A stretch of 46,641 nucleotides of DNA, taken from an uncultured Flavobacteriales bacterium (GTDB lineage Bacteria; Bacteroidota; Bacteroidia; Flavobacteriales_D; JABDKJ01). The first letter of the stretch is position 1; every line of letters starts with the position of its first letter. Made by a program: the position numbers and the translations under genes. The stretch is taken from contig CAYSDH010000009.1 in NCBI GenBank assembly GCA_964429805.1, forward strand, positions 16,607 to 63,247. The letters are read 5' to 3'. Shown one piece after another: positions 1 to 9,496 of the stretch. Below the pieces are notes generated by a model. That model had not been told where the DNA came from. It did no database searches and worked only from the letters and a program-made list of their open reading frames with translations.

Positions 1-1
1 C

Positions 2-1066
2 TTTACAATCACCCGTGGTGAGATTCCTATCAAAAGTGTGCCTGCTTGGCTGCGTGTAGATAACAATACGGCTTATGTTAGATTGAGTCGCTTTGCGAGC
101 ACCACTCATGATGAGTTTAGAGATGTGCTTAATGAGATGAAGGGTCATCAGATCAGCAACCTCATCGTAGACTTAAGAGGAAATGGTGGTGGTTACCTCC
201 GCACTGCTCATGACATGGCTGACGAGTTTTTAGATCGTGGCAAGCTCATCGTCTACACAGAAGGGCGCATGGAAGACAGAAAGACATACAATGCGACCAG
301 AGCTGGAAAACTGGAAGATGTAGAACTCGTCATCTTGATTGACGAAGGGTCAGCCTCGGCTTCTGAAATTTTGGCTGGAGCGATACAAGACCACGACAGA
401 GGTACCATTATAGGGCGCAGGTCGTTTGGAAAAGGGCTTGTACAGCAAGAAGTTTCACTGGGCGACAACTCAGCTATCAGACTAACCATAGCTCGATACT
501 ACACACCCACCGGGCGCTGTATCCAAAAACCGTATGGCGAAGGAGTGGACTATCAAAACGACTACTTTGATAGACTAGAGCGTGGGGAATTGCTTTCTGC
601 AGACAGTATAGATTTCCCAGACTCACTCAAGTTTGTGACGCCAGGCGGCAAAGTGGTCTACGGAGGTGGAGGCATCATGCCCGACATTTTTGTTCCGATT
701 GATACTACTGAGAATAGCGAGTATCTAAGTGAGATACTCTATGCAGGATTGGTCAACGAGTATGCCTTTGATTACGTGGATCGAAACAGAACCATGCTCA
801 ACGCCTACAAGAATCCTGAAAAATATGAGAAGGAATTTGTGATTACGGACAGTGCGCTAAACACCTTCTTTGACTTCTGCGCAGACAAAGGCGTGCCACG
901 AGACCCAGAAGGTGCTGACGTGTCAAAGACAGAATTTAAATACAGACTAAAGGCCAACATAGCCAGAGATGTCTGGGGAGATGAAGGATTTTACCGAGTA
1001 ATATTGAAAGAGGACAAAGTGGTTGATGCAGCAATGAAATTCTTTAGAGAAAAGGCTAATTCATAA
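2..1066 (+). CDS. S41-family carboxyl-terminal processing protease (5'-truncated by window edge)
   Basis: Frame is open from base 2 (FTITRGEIPIKSV...), so the GTG at 38 is not the true start. S41 motifs DLRGNGGG, SASASEI (catalytic Ser), FGKGLVQ (catalytic Lys), TIARYYTPTGR and GGIMPD. Confidence 0.93.
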   Translation, partial: FTITRGEIPIKSVPAWLRVDNNTAYVRLSRFASTTHDEFRDVLNEMKGHQISNLIVDLRGNGGGYLRTAHDMADEFLDRGKLIVYTEGRMEDRKTYNATRAGKLEDVELVILIDEGSASASEILAGAIQDHDRGTIIGRRSFGKGLVQQEVSLGDNSAIRLTIARYYTPTGRCIQKPYGEGVDYQNDYFDRLERGELLSADSIDFPDSLKFVTPGGKVVYGGGGIMPDIFVPIDTTENSEYLSEILYAGLVNEYAFDYVDRNRTMLNAYKNPEKYEKEFVITDSALNTFFDFCADKGVPRDPEGADVSKTEFKYRLKANIARDVWGDEGFYRVILKEDKVVDAAMKFFREKANS

Positions 1067-1082
1067 GCCGCATTTTGATCGC

Positions 1083-1090
1083 TACATTTG
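1083..1090 (+). promoter_or_regulatory. Bacteroidota sigma70 -7 element (TACATTTG) for sod
   Basis: Exact TAnnTTTG match 32 nt upstream of the ATG, followed by an A-rich leader. Confidence 0.65.
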
Positions 1091-1122
1091 TCCTCCTCTT
1101 GAACCTTTAAAAGAAAGAAATA

Positions 1123-1731
1123 ATGGCATTTACACTACCAGAACTACCTTATGCTCAAGATGCACTTGAGCCACACATAGATGGACGCACCATGGGCATT
1201 CACCACGGGAAACATCACAATGGTTACACCAACAAACTCAACGCTGCCATAGAAGGAAGCGACATGGACGGCAAGTCAATAGAAGACATACTCGCTGGCA
1301 TGGATATGAATAACGGAGCCGTTAGAAACAACGGTGGTGGATACTTTAACCACAGCCTCTTCTGGCAAGTCATGTCTCCAAATGGAGGTGGTGAGCCAAC
1401 AGGCGCCTTGGCCGAAGCAATCAACAGTGCATTTGGTTCGTTTGACGGATTTAAAGAAAAGTTTGCTGCAGCAGCAGGTACGCGTTTTGGTTCTGGATGG
1501 GCATGGTTATGTGTTCACTCAGGAGGAAAAGTTGAAGTGTGCTCTACGCCAAATCAAGACAACCCACTTATGCCTGGAGTAGGCTGCGGTGGTCACCCAA
1601 TACTTGGACTTGATGTATGGGAACATGCCTATTACCTCAACTACCAGAACAGAAGACCAGACTACGTGCAAGCGTTTTTTAATGTCATCAACTGGGAAGA
1701 AGTAAGCCGCAGATTTGAGGCTGGTAAATAA
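1123..1731 (+). CDS. sodA: Superoxide dismutase, Mn/Fe family (Mn-type signature)
   Basis: [54 protein letters not shown]. The GGG and NQD pattern is typical of Mn-SOD. Confidence 0.95.
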   Translation: MAFTLPELPYAQDALEPHIDGRTMGIHHGKHHNGYTNKLNAAIEGSDMDGKSIEDILAGMDMNNGAVRNNGGGYFNHSLFWQVMSPNGGGEPTGALAEAINSAFGSFDGFKEKFAAAAGTRFGSGWAWLCVHSGGKVEVCSTPNQDNPLMPGVGCGGHPILGLDVWEHAYYLNYQNRRPDYVQAFFNVINWEEVSRRFEAGK

Positions 1732-1758
1732 AGCCGAAAGACATCGTGAATAAGATTG

Positions 1759-1787
1759 AAGCCACTCCAAAAGGAGTGGCTTTTTTT
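1759..1787 (+). terminator. Rho-independent terminator after sod
   Basis: Perfect hairpin aagccactcc-aaaa-ggagtggctt followed by a T run. Confidence 0.85.
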
Positions 1788-1836
1788 AGTCTCGATCCAG
1801 CCCAGAACTCACCCAATTATTACGACATTCGACCCC

Positions 1837-2712
1837 ATGATCAAATCAATGACTGGTTACGGCCGCTCCGAAGGACAAGTAGGTGACAAAAAAGTTGTTG
1901 TTGAAGTGCGCTCTCTCAACAGTAAGCAACTCGACCTCGCCTTGAAGACTCCTCAAGTGCTCAAAGAAAAAGAAATGGCCATGCGTAAAATGGCGGCCAC
2001 TACCGTGGGTCGTGGTAAGTGTGAGATTGCCATCAACTTTGAAGGTGGCACAGACCGCAGAGCAAATATTAATCAAGGCCTAGCCAGGGATTACTACGCT
2101 CAGATCACTTCTCTGGCCAAGTCACTGAGTATCGACACTTCTCAAAGTGACCTGCTGGGCACCACTTTAAAGATGCCTGAAGTACTGCAATCAGAGCGCG
2201 GCAGCATGGGCGATGACGAGTGGGCCGAGATTAAAGAGATGGTTGAAAAAGCGCTGAGCGCCTTCAACAACTTCAGAACCGAAGAGGGTAAAAAACTCGA
2301 TGGCGATTTGGAGACAAACATCAACCAGATTGCAGATTTACGTGTGAAGATTGAGCCGTTTATTGGTGAGCGCTTAGCGAAGATTAAAGAGCGGATTTTG
2401 AAAAATCTCGATCAGGTCATGGAGTCTAAAGATGTAGATCAAAACCGATTTGAGCAGGAGCTGATATTCTATTTGGAAAAGTATGACGTGAGTGAAGAGA
2501 TGACTCGTCTGGCCGCTCACTGTTCTTACTTCAAAGAGACCATGGGTCTTGACTCCTCTCAAGGCAAAAAACTGGGATTCATCTCTCAAGAAATAGGGCG
2601 TGAAATAAACACGCTTGGCGCCAAGTCATATGATGCTGACATGCAGCGCATAGTCGTTCAGATGAAAGACTCATTAGAAAAAATCAAAGAGCAAGTGCTC
2701 AATGTCCTTTAA
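1837..2712 (+). CDS. yicC: YicC/YloC family endoribonuclease
   Basis: Canonical N-terminus MIKSMTGYGR (ATG 1837; the track's 1756 start runs through the terminator), RSLNSK, GKKLGFISQEIGREINTLGAK, EKIKEQVLNVL. Confidence 0.92.
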   Translation: MIKSMTGYGRSEGQVGDKKVVVEVRSLNSKQLDLALKTPQVLKEKEMAMRKMAATTVGRGKCEIAINFEGGTDRRANINQGLARDYYAQITSLAKSLSIDTSQSDLLGTTLKMPEVLQSERGSMGDDEWAEIKEMVEKALSAFNNFRTEEGKKLDGDLETNINQIADLRVKIEPFIGERLAKIKERILKNLDQVMESKDVDQNRFEQELIFYLEKYDVSEEMTRLAAHCSYFKETMGLDSSQGKKLGFISQEIGREINTLGAKSYDADMQRIVVQMKDSLEKIKEQVLNVL

Positions 2713-3283
2713 CGGAAAGTGCATTATCGTTTCGGCTCCTTCAGGTGCGGGCAAGACAACTATTGTTCGTCATCTTATCAATAGTGGCTTGCCTCTCGGT
2801 TTTTCGGTGAGCGCTACGAGTCGCAGTCCGCGTGACTACGAAAAAGATGGAGTGCATTACGTTTTTTTAAGCGCAGATACTTTCTCTGAAAAGATTCGCT
2901 CTGGTGATTTTATAGAATGGGAAGAGGTCTATGAGAAACAATACTACGGCACGTTAAAATCAGAAATAGAGCGTGTGTGGGGTCAAAACAAACACCTCAT
3001 TTTTGATGTCGATGTCAAGGGCGGGCTGGCGCTCAAGTCTCATTTTGGAGAGAATGCCTTGGCCATATTTATAGAGCCACCGAGCATTGCCGAGTTGGAA
3101 AACAGATTGAAAAAGCGCGGTACAGAATCTGCCGATAGCCTAGCCCAACGAGTGGGAAAAGCAGAAGAAGAAATTGCCTTGAAAGACGGCTTTGACAAGG
3201 TAGTTGTCAATGACGACCTGGAGCTGGCCTGTAAAGAAGCTACGCTGATGATTACCGAATTCATCAAAGACACAGAGGGCTAA
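2702..3283 (+). CDS. gmk: Guanylate kinase
   Basis: P-loop APSGAGKTT, SVSATSRSPR, DGVHY, YYGTLKSE, DVDVKGG; overlaps the end of yicC. Confidence 0.96.
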   Translation: MSFNGKCIIVSAPSGAGKTTIVRHLINSGLPLGFSVSATSRSPRDYEKDGVHYVFLSADTFSEKIRSGDFIEWEEVYEKQYYGTLKSEIERVWGQNKHLIFDVDVKGGLALKSHFGENALAIFIEPPSIAELENRLKKRGTESADSLAQRVGKAEEEIALKDGFDKVVVNDDLELACKEATLMITEFIKDTEG

Positions 3284-3308
3284 TACTCAGTATTCCTATT
3301 TTAGCGGT

Positions 3309-3890
3309 ATGCGCATCGGGCTTTTCTTCGGTAGTTTTAATCCTCCACACATTGGCCATACGGTCATTGCCTCGTTTATGCGCGAAGCCATGGAGGCCGA
3401 TGAGGTCTGGATGGTCGTCTCTCCTCAAAATCCGTTTAAGACAAAGGCTGGCCTTCTTGATGAGACAAAGAGAATCCAGCTTGTCGATTTGGCGCTCGAG
3501 GGTTTAAGTAACATCAAGTCTTCGTCTGTCGAGTTTTCGCTTGAGCGTCCCTCCTACACAGTTGACACCATGAAGCATTTGACGGCCACGCATCCTGAGC
3601 ATGACTTCTTTCTAATCATGGGTTCGGATAACATACTGCACATAGAGAAGTGGAAAGACTACAAGCATCTCTTAAGCACCTATGACATTGCGGTGTATCC
3701 GCGTGAGGGTTATGAGTTGAGTGAGGCTCTAAAAGACAACTTGCCAGACACAGTCAAGTTTATAGACTGTCCCATTGTTGAGCTGTCATCTACCCGGGTT
3801 AGAAAAAGGATTAAAGAGAAGAAAGACTACGCCATGTTGCTGCGAAAAGCCGTGGCAGAGCGCATTGAGGAGGAAGGGTATTATACGTGA
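3309..3890 (+). CDS. nadD: Nicotinate-nucleotide adenylyltransferase
   Basis: GLFFGSFNPPHIGH, SPQNPFK, PSYTVDT, LIMGSDN, LSSTRVR. Confidence 0.95.
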   Translation: MRIGLFFGSFNPPHIGHTVIASFMREAMEADEVWMVVSPQNPFKTKAGLLDETKRIQLVDLALEGLSNIKSSSVEFSLERPSYTVDTMKHLTATHPEHDFFLIMGSDNILHIEKWKDYKHLLSTYDIAVYPREGYELSEALKDNLPDTVKFIDCPIVELSSTRVRKRIKEKKDYAMLLRKAVAERIEEEGYYT

Positions 3891-3998
3891 TTTCAACAGG
3901 CTCTAATTCACCTTCTTGTCAGAAAAACAATGATTGTCCTTTTTAGGTCGCAAGATTGATTATGGATCTCTTATCATGTGGTTAAATCCAATTAAGCC

Positions 3999-5861
3999 AT
4001 GTATCGTTTTATAGCCACTCTCATTCTGTTTACAGTCTGCACTTCTGGATTCTACACTCAGTCTCACCAAGAATTCAGAAGTCTTAACCAGCATCTCAGC
4101 GAAGTAAATAGTCTGTGGCAGGACAGTGATATAGAATTCAACACGCAAATGTCATTTGACTCAGATGAGGCACGCATACGAAAGCACTTGGAACTAGTAG
4201 TCGCGCACTTGATGGAAGTTCCGGTGACCGGAAAATCAGGTCAACGCAGAATAAATCTACTCCGCGCACTGCATGAATATTCTCAAAAAATGCAATTCCC
4301 AGTCAATGAAGAGTCCAGCGAGCGCACTCCCTGTTTTATTGACTCTTATGGAACCGCTTGTGCGGTGGGTCACATGATTATTAAGTCAGGAAATGCTGAC
4401 CTCGCTTTGCGCATATCAAAACAATACAACCGTAATTATCTGAAAGACATACACACTGATGGCCTAATGGATTGGGCAAAATTAAACGGCTTCTCACTTA
4501 AAGAACTGGCGTGGATACAACCCACATACTTTCCTCCTAACAGCTTGGCAAATGTTGGTTCGGGTGTGAACGGGCCTGTGCGAAAACTCTACTCGAACAG
4601 CGGCTGGGGTAGAATGTACATCATCGGAGAATACGACTTGATGGATGGCTCTGTGGACTGCCCAAACGGCTTTGGCTACTTTGAAAACAGTTCTTACTAC
4701 TGCGTAGAAGGAAGTCCGGAAGGAGAATACCTAGACGTCACTCTATCGGCAAGTTGGCCAACGGCATCGACTACCGAGACATATATCGCTGGTCAATTTG
4801 AAAACAACAATGAGCTTTTCCCGCTAGCCATGAATGACGGGAATAGCTGGCACTACTTCACCTTGCCAGACAGACCAAATGCGAAAGGAATTAAAGTGCT
4901 CGGCCATTATTCTGAATCGTCTAAACTGCAGTTGGCCATAGACCCCTCAGACGGCACTGGGAACCATGAAGTGTGGTCTTTAAGTATTGAAAATGACAGT
5001 ACTTGGACCAAGGTAGCCACAACTCATGGGCCTATTTTCTGTATGAACGACACGCATGTTGGAGGAGATTTCTCGAGCTATGTTGACCATTTGGACAACG
5101 ATGTTACTGTAGCAAGTGACGGGGCTTTTGGTCTTTATTTGACCATGAGTTCCCCAAGTATTTCACCCCTCCTGTCCGCGCATTTGCCAGCACAAGTGAG
5201 AGATATTAAGATTGTAGGTAATGTCATCTATTTTGCTGGAACTAGTGATGGTGTTTATCCCAGCACTATACTTTCTTCGTTGTTGAACAACACTTTTCAG
5301 CCATTATATACTCTAGAAGATTCATCTACCTATAGCGGAGCGCCTAGCACTGGTTTTTATGACCTTGAAGTTCACAGTGACGGAGATTTGTACATCGCTG
5401 GAGATGTCGACTTGGGGAATATTTTTGGCAACTATGGTCGAGGCCTAGGACGATATGATGGTACATCGGCATTTATTTATCCGGAAGCGTATGTCGATAG
5501 TGCAGTGTATAGTATTGCCAAATTTGATCAAGACATTTATCTAGGTGGTTCGTTTACTCAAAACATCTTTAATCCCATTTCTAATCCTGCCCGACTAGAC
5601 ATGGCCCCGAACACATTGGAAGAGATTGAGTCATCCAAGCTATCGGTGTATCCTAGCCCTGCAGACGTGGTCATTAACATACAGAGTGACTATACATCAT
5701 CTATAGAGTTATTAGAAATCGTGGACTTAAATGGGCAATTGATTTCATCGCATGAACAGCCTATTAATAGCATTGATGTCTCAAGACTTGAGTCTGGAAC
5801 GTATCTGATTAAGGTCTATTGGTCTGATGGTTTTTTAAGCAAGCCATTTTTAAAACTCTAA
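3999..5861 (+). CDS. T9SS type A sorting-domain secreted protein: unknown N-terminal domain plus beta-propeller-like repeats
   Basis: Signal peptide; N-domain FPVN..RTPCFIDSYGTACAVGH..ELAWIQPTY; repeated xxxxGGxF-like blades; CTD LSVYPSPA...IDVSRLESGTYLIKV...KPFLKL. Confidence 0.8.
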   Translation: MYRFIATLILFTVCTSGFYTQSHQEFRSLNQHLSEVNSLWQDSDIEFNTQMSFDSDEARIRKHLELVVAHLMEVPVTGKSGQRRINLLRALHEYSQKMQFPVNEESSERTPCFIDSYGTACAVGHMIIKSGNADLALRISKQYNRNYLKDIHTDGLMDWAKLNGFSLKELAWIQPTYFPPNSLANVGSGVNGPVRKLYSNSGWGRMYIIGEYDLMDGSVDCPNGFGYFENSSYYCVEGSPEGEYLDVTLSASWPTASTTETYIAGQFENNNELFPLAMNDGNSWHYFTLPDRPNAKGIKVLGHYSESSKLQLAIDPSDGTGNHEVWSLSIENDSTWTKVATTHGPIFCMNDTHVGGDFSSYVDHLDNDVTVASDGAFGLYLTMSSPSISPLLSAHLPAQVRDIKIVGNVIYFAGTSDGVYPSTILSSLLNNTFQPLYTLEDSSTYSGAPSTGFYDLEVHSDGDLYIAGDVDLGNIFGNYGRGLGRYDGTSAFIYPEAYVDSAVYSIAKFDQDIYLGGSFTQNIFNPISNPARLDMAPNTLEEIESSKLSVYPSPADVVINIQSDYTSSIELLEIVDLNGQLISSHEQPINSIDVSRLESGTYLIKVYWSDGFLSKPFLKL

Positions 5862-5872
5862 ACCCTCGGCTT

Positions 5873-6655
5873 TCAAAAACCTACACTAAGCTCCACTTGT
5901 GCAAAGACCCCAGACATCTCTAATTGTACAAATCGTGAGTCGCTTAGCATGCCGGTATACCACGGCTCTCCATTGGCATTGCTAAGGTTTTTTCCACGAA
6001 AGTGATGATATCCTCCCAGCACAGATACACTTACAGGGAGCGTTTCATTTTTGGTTAGAGAATAATCCACACGCAAGGCTAATCGCTTGGCCCATTGCCG
6101 ATCGGTATATATGAACTCTTGTTGAAATTCAGGAATTTCTTCGAAAGACGGAAATACTGCCCTTACAGCTATACCTCCACTCCCCGGACCTGCTTGGGCT
6201 TCTAGTCCTAAGGTAAATTTTTGGGAAACGGGATAAGAATAACTCAATCCTAGTGCGGAGGAGTTGAGGTTCATGCTCACAGAAATATCTGACTCGCCCG
6301 TGAAAATCGGCTCTCCCATAATATCCGAATACGTGAGGGGTATGTCACCCACAAGCCTCGCTGTCATTTCACTCCAATGAAAGAAGAATCCGAACCCTTT
6401 TTCTGGACGCAACCCAACACGAACTGAAAGATGACCGGCTGAGCTCATATTGCCATCAAACCAAGGCTCAACATTAATCACATTTGCAAATCCATCAATG
6501 TAATATTCATTGAGTGTGGTAGCATCCACACTGCCCGTGCCTACGGCAACACCTATATATGGTTTATAATCTACCTGTGCCAAGAGCACTGAACTAAGAC
6601 AGGTTGACAACATGACCGATAACATGCGAATTTGAACATGAAAGAGTGACCTCAT
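5873..6655 (-). CDS. Putative outer-membrane beta-barrel protein
   Basis: Likely start ATG 6655 gives a signal-peptide-like N-terminus; TAATTTTG promoter-like motif at 6685-6692 (-); alternating beta-strand pattern; ends GVFAQVELSVGF with a terminal Phe (BAM signal). Confidence 0.65.
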   Translation of the reverse strand: MRSLFHVQIRMLSVMLSTCLSSVLLAQVDYKPYIGVAVGTGSVDATTLNEYYIDGFANVINVEPWFDGNMSSAGHLSVRVGLRPEKGFGFFFHWSEMTARLVGDIPLTYSDIMGEPIFTGESDISVSMNLNSSALGLSYSYPVSQKFTLGLEAQAGPGSGGIAVRAVFPSFEEIPEFQQEFIYTDRQWAKRLALRVDYSLTKNETLPVSVSVLGGYHHFRGKNLSNANGEPWYTGMLSDSRFVQLEMSGVFAQVELSVGF

Positions 6656-6752
6656 TTGAATAGATTTTCTGATAAAAAAGTACGCAAAATTATATTTGTG
6701 CCATCTCTGCTTATGGAAAAAACTCCCTCGCCAACTGTACTTGAACGGCAAT

Positions 6753-6783
6753 AAAAAAGTAGCTGACCCCTCGGTCAGCTACT
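6753..6783 (-). terminator. Rho-independent terminator after the 6813..8384 gene
   Basis: 11-bp perfect stem agtagctgacc-cctc-ggtcagctact with an A run on the left (U tail on the - strand). Confidence 0.85.
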
Positions 6784-6812
6784 CATTAATCAAATCTTTT
6801 GTGTCTCAGCTA

Positions 6813-8384
6813 TCAATTACACACTGATCCAAACGCAGAGTTCAGTGACAAGAAGTCATTGATGTCTACAACCCCGTCACTGTTGATGTCTTCTGGGCAC
6901 GTACATGCTTGTCCAAAACCAGAGTTGAGTGCGAGGAAGTCGTTGATGTCAACTACTCCGTCACCGTTAATGTCTTCTGGGCAATTAACTGGGCAAGCAT
7001 TCCAAGCCACAGGACCATAGGTCATGTTACCAGTTACAGAAAGCGTTCTGTTAATGAACGTGTCAGTGGTGTTTGTACAAGGAGAACCATCAGTTAATGC
7101 TTCTTCTATTCCCCAAGAGTCAGCAGCAAACTTAAACTCGTAATCTCCATTCTGAATATTGATTGTTCCTTCCCAGATACCATCGCTATCATTATCTGAA
7201 AGCGGGTTGCAACCTCCACACCATCCGTTGAACGAACCGTTGACCTCTGCAATTACAAATGGGTCAGTGACGGCATTCATGTCAACGCTAAACGTGACGG
7301 CATACGAACAAAGCCCACTTTCTACAGTTGCATTAGGGTTAAAGTTAACCGCAGTTGGGTCCATACACCCTGCTGTATTGTTAGGGTCACAGAGTGAACA
7401 AGACCCATATACATCATCAAACACAGATCCGGCAGCCACGGTGACTAGTCTATTGGCAAATCCTGAACCATCTGTTACCGGTGCACATCCGCCTGTACCT
7501 GCTTGTACATCATCAACAAGCTGCTCTTGGCCAGCAAAGGTGTCGTGGGCGTATTTGTATTCAAAATTTCCGGCAGGTAAGTCAAGTGTGATTGACCAGA
7601 TGCCATCCATGTCTGGATCACTCAACTCTACACAGCTACCACACCAGCCTAATGACGGTCCTTCTATAGAAACAGTAGTAAACGTAGTTGGTGCGTTAGC
7701 ATCAATGTTTGGGTCGTCACCATTGTAGCAATTCATGTCTACGTTAAAAGTCATGCTGAACACACAACTCCCGTCATCTGTTGTTGCAGAGGCGTTGTAA
7801 TTAGATGCTGTGTCGTCTGTACACCCTTCTGTGTTGTTTGGGTCTTGCATGTCAAACACGATGTTATCGAAATAGATAATGTTCTCTTGCGCACGTGCGT
7901 TGAAATCTGGGAACACCACAATCTGGTCAAACGTTGTACCCTCCATCGAAGAGAAGTTAAACGTGAGCTCCTCCCACTGGTTAACTAGTGTGTTTGCAAC
8001 CTTAATCTCAGGAAGAGAAGCGCCTGAGGCCTCCACTAATTTGATTCCAACATCACTAATCTCAGTCTTCCACACCATAATCTTTATTAGACTATTAGAG
8101 TTAGACAGTGTAAATGAACCCAAGTCTGCACCGTGCATAGACTCGGTACCAGCAAATGGCTGACCAGTCACTCGAGCAGTAAATTCTGCGACAGTTGCTG
8201 ATGTGTTTGCTCCAGTCATGTCTGGATTTGCAATAATGTTAAGAGGTGGGTTATCGTCATTTTCGAAAACCGTCCAGGTCCACGAGGCTCCGTTACTTCC
8301 AGCTTCAAAATCAACAGGTGCATTCTGCGCATAGGCGGCAGAGAATCCAAATACAATGGCAAGGGTCAGATATAAATTCTTCAT
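6813..8384 (-). CDS. Secreted modular protein: CBM-like domain, 2x (GCxD repeat + E-set/CBM48-like module), tandem dockerin-like C-terminus
   Basis: Signal peptide; NPDMTGANTSATV...NQWEELTFNFS module; GCTDDTASNYNASATTDDGSC and GCMDPTAVNFNPNATVESGLC; two FxVDMN...GWCGxC..LSDxDxDGIW...YEFKF-type modules; two CPEDINxDGVVDINDFL repeats. Confidence 0.75.
   Translation of the reverse strand: MKNLYLTLAIVFGFSAAYAQNAPVDFEAGSNGASWTWTVFENDDNPPLNIIANPDMTGANTSATVAEFTARVTGQPFAGTESMHGADLGSFTLSNSNSLIKIMVWKTEISDVGIKLVEASGASLPEIKVANTLVNQWEELTFNFSSMEGTTFDQIVVFPDFNARAQENIIYFDNIVFDMQDPNNTEGCTDDTASNYNASATTDDGSCVFSMTFNVDMNCYNGDDPNIDANAPTTFTTVSIEGPSLGWCGSCVELSDPDMDGIWSITLDLPAGNFEYKYAHDTFAGQEQLVDDVQAGTGGCAPVTDGSGFANRLVTVAAGSVFDDVYGSCSLCDPNNTAGCMDPTAVNFNPNATVESGLCSYAVTFSVDMNAVTDPFVIAEVNGSFNGWCGGCNPLSDNDSDGIWEGTINIQNGDYEFKFAADSWGIEEALTDGSPCTNTTDTFINRTLSVTGNMTYGPVAWNACPVNCPEDINGDGVVDINDFLALNSGFGQACTCPEDINSDGVVDINDFLSLNSAFGSVCN
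6816..6983 (-). repeat. 84-bp (28-aa) intragenic tandem repeat encoding EF-hand/dockerin-like units
   Basis: aagtcattgatgtctacaaccccgtcactgttgatgtcttctgggca at 6853 and aagtcgttgatgtcaactactccgtcaccgttaatgtcttctgggca at 6937. Confidence 0.85.
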
Positions 8385-8563
8385 GATGTTTGATTATAGT
8401 GCTAAACTACACATTTAGTTCTTATGGTCAATATTACTATAAGTATATTTTTGGATTGCAAAACGCACTATTCTTCCCAGATCAACACTCAGGAAGAATG
8501 CAGCTTTAAGTGATAGAATCAGACCTGAAATCGGGTTAGTAATGCCGAGAATTCGACTTGCAA

Positions 8564-9496
8564 CTAGTGCTCAAGAAGTGAGATTTGCCTGTACAAACTA
8601 TCAGCAAGATTCTCATAACTCTCCATAGTCCAGCCTGCAACATGGGGCGAGAAAAGCACCGCAGGATTTGAAATCAATCCGTGCAGATTGACATCACTCA
8701 TGGCAGAAAGGTCAAAGTCAGCACCCTCTTGCTCTAATACATCAAGACAAATGCCTTTAATCTTTTTTGAGTTCAGACCCGCCAACATAGACGTGGTAGA
8801 GGCCACTTTTCCGCGGCTGCAATTCACCAGATAAAATGGCTTAGCCATGGCCTCTAAAAAGGAGTCATTAAAGTAATGGTGAGTTTCTTCGGTCAAGGGT
8901 ACGTGAAAGGAGATAATATCGCAGCGCTCTTGTATATTTTTCAGCGTGCTTTCTTCTACTCCGGCCATGTTTACTTTCTGGTACTTGTCATAAGCCAGCA
9001 CTGCACAACCAAATCCACTCAACCTTTTGGCCACAGACTGACCCGTATGTCCAAACCCGATGATGCCGACCGTTCTAGGTCCAAGCTCTATTCCTCTATT
9101 GGCTTCTCTGCGCCACAATCCACTTCGCACTTCAGTATGGGCCGTGTGCAGTTTGTTAAAGAGACAAAGTAACATACCCACCACGTGTTCACCCACGGCA
9201 TCGGCATTTGCTCCAGGTGCATTAAACACGTGGAGTCCTCTTTGCTGACAGTAGTCCAAGTCCACATTTTCCATACCTATACCCGAGCGCGCGATGAAGT
9301 GTAGTTTTTCTGCACTAGAAAGAAAGCTATCATTCATAGTATATCGAGAGCGGAGCACAAGACCGTGAGCCGTTGGCAGTTGCTTTTCAATCTCATCCAT
9401 GGTAGCCGCACACAAGTCCACGCAGTGGTAGCCATCATGAGTCAATCGCTCTGCCAGTGAAGGATGAACGCTATCTAGAAAAAGCACCTTTTTCAT
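8564..9496 (-). CDS. D-isomer-specific 2-hydroxyacid dehydrogenase (SerA-like, no ACT domain)
   Basis: ARSGIGMENVD, NADAVGEH, GIIGFGHTG, HVPLTEET, NCSRG, LDVLEQE, SPHVAGWT; ATGA overlap with mgtE. Confidence 0.9.
   Translation of the reverse strand: MKKVLFLDSVHPSLAERLTHDGYHCVDLCAATMDEIEKQLPTAHGLVLRSRYTMNDSFLSSAEKLHFIARSGIGMENVDLDYCQQRGLHVFNAPGANADAVGEHVVGMLLCLFNKLHTAHTEVRSGLWRREANRGIELGPRTVGIIGFGHTGQSVAKRLSGFGCAVLAYDKYQKVNMAGVEESTLKNIQERCDIISFHVPLTEETHHYFNDSFLEAMAKPFYLVNCSRGKVASTTSMLAGLNSKKIKGICLDVLEQEGADFDLSAMSDVNLHGLISNPAVLFSPHVAGWTMESYENLADSLYRQISLLEH

Noticed and set aside
7159-8163. Long + strand ORFs (189 aa, 94 aa) opposite the dockerin-tailed gene
   Set aside because: Antisense shadows of a biased coding strand; no motifs and no start context.
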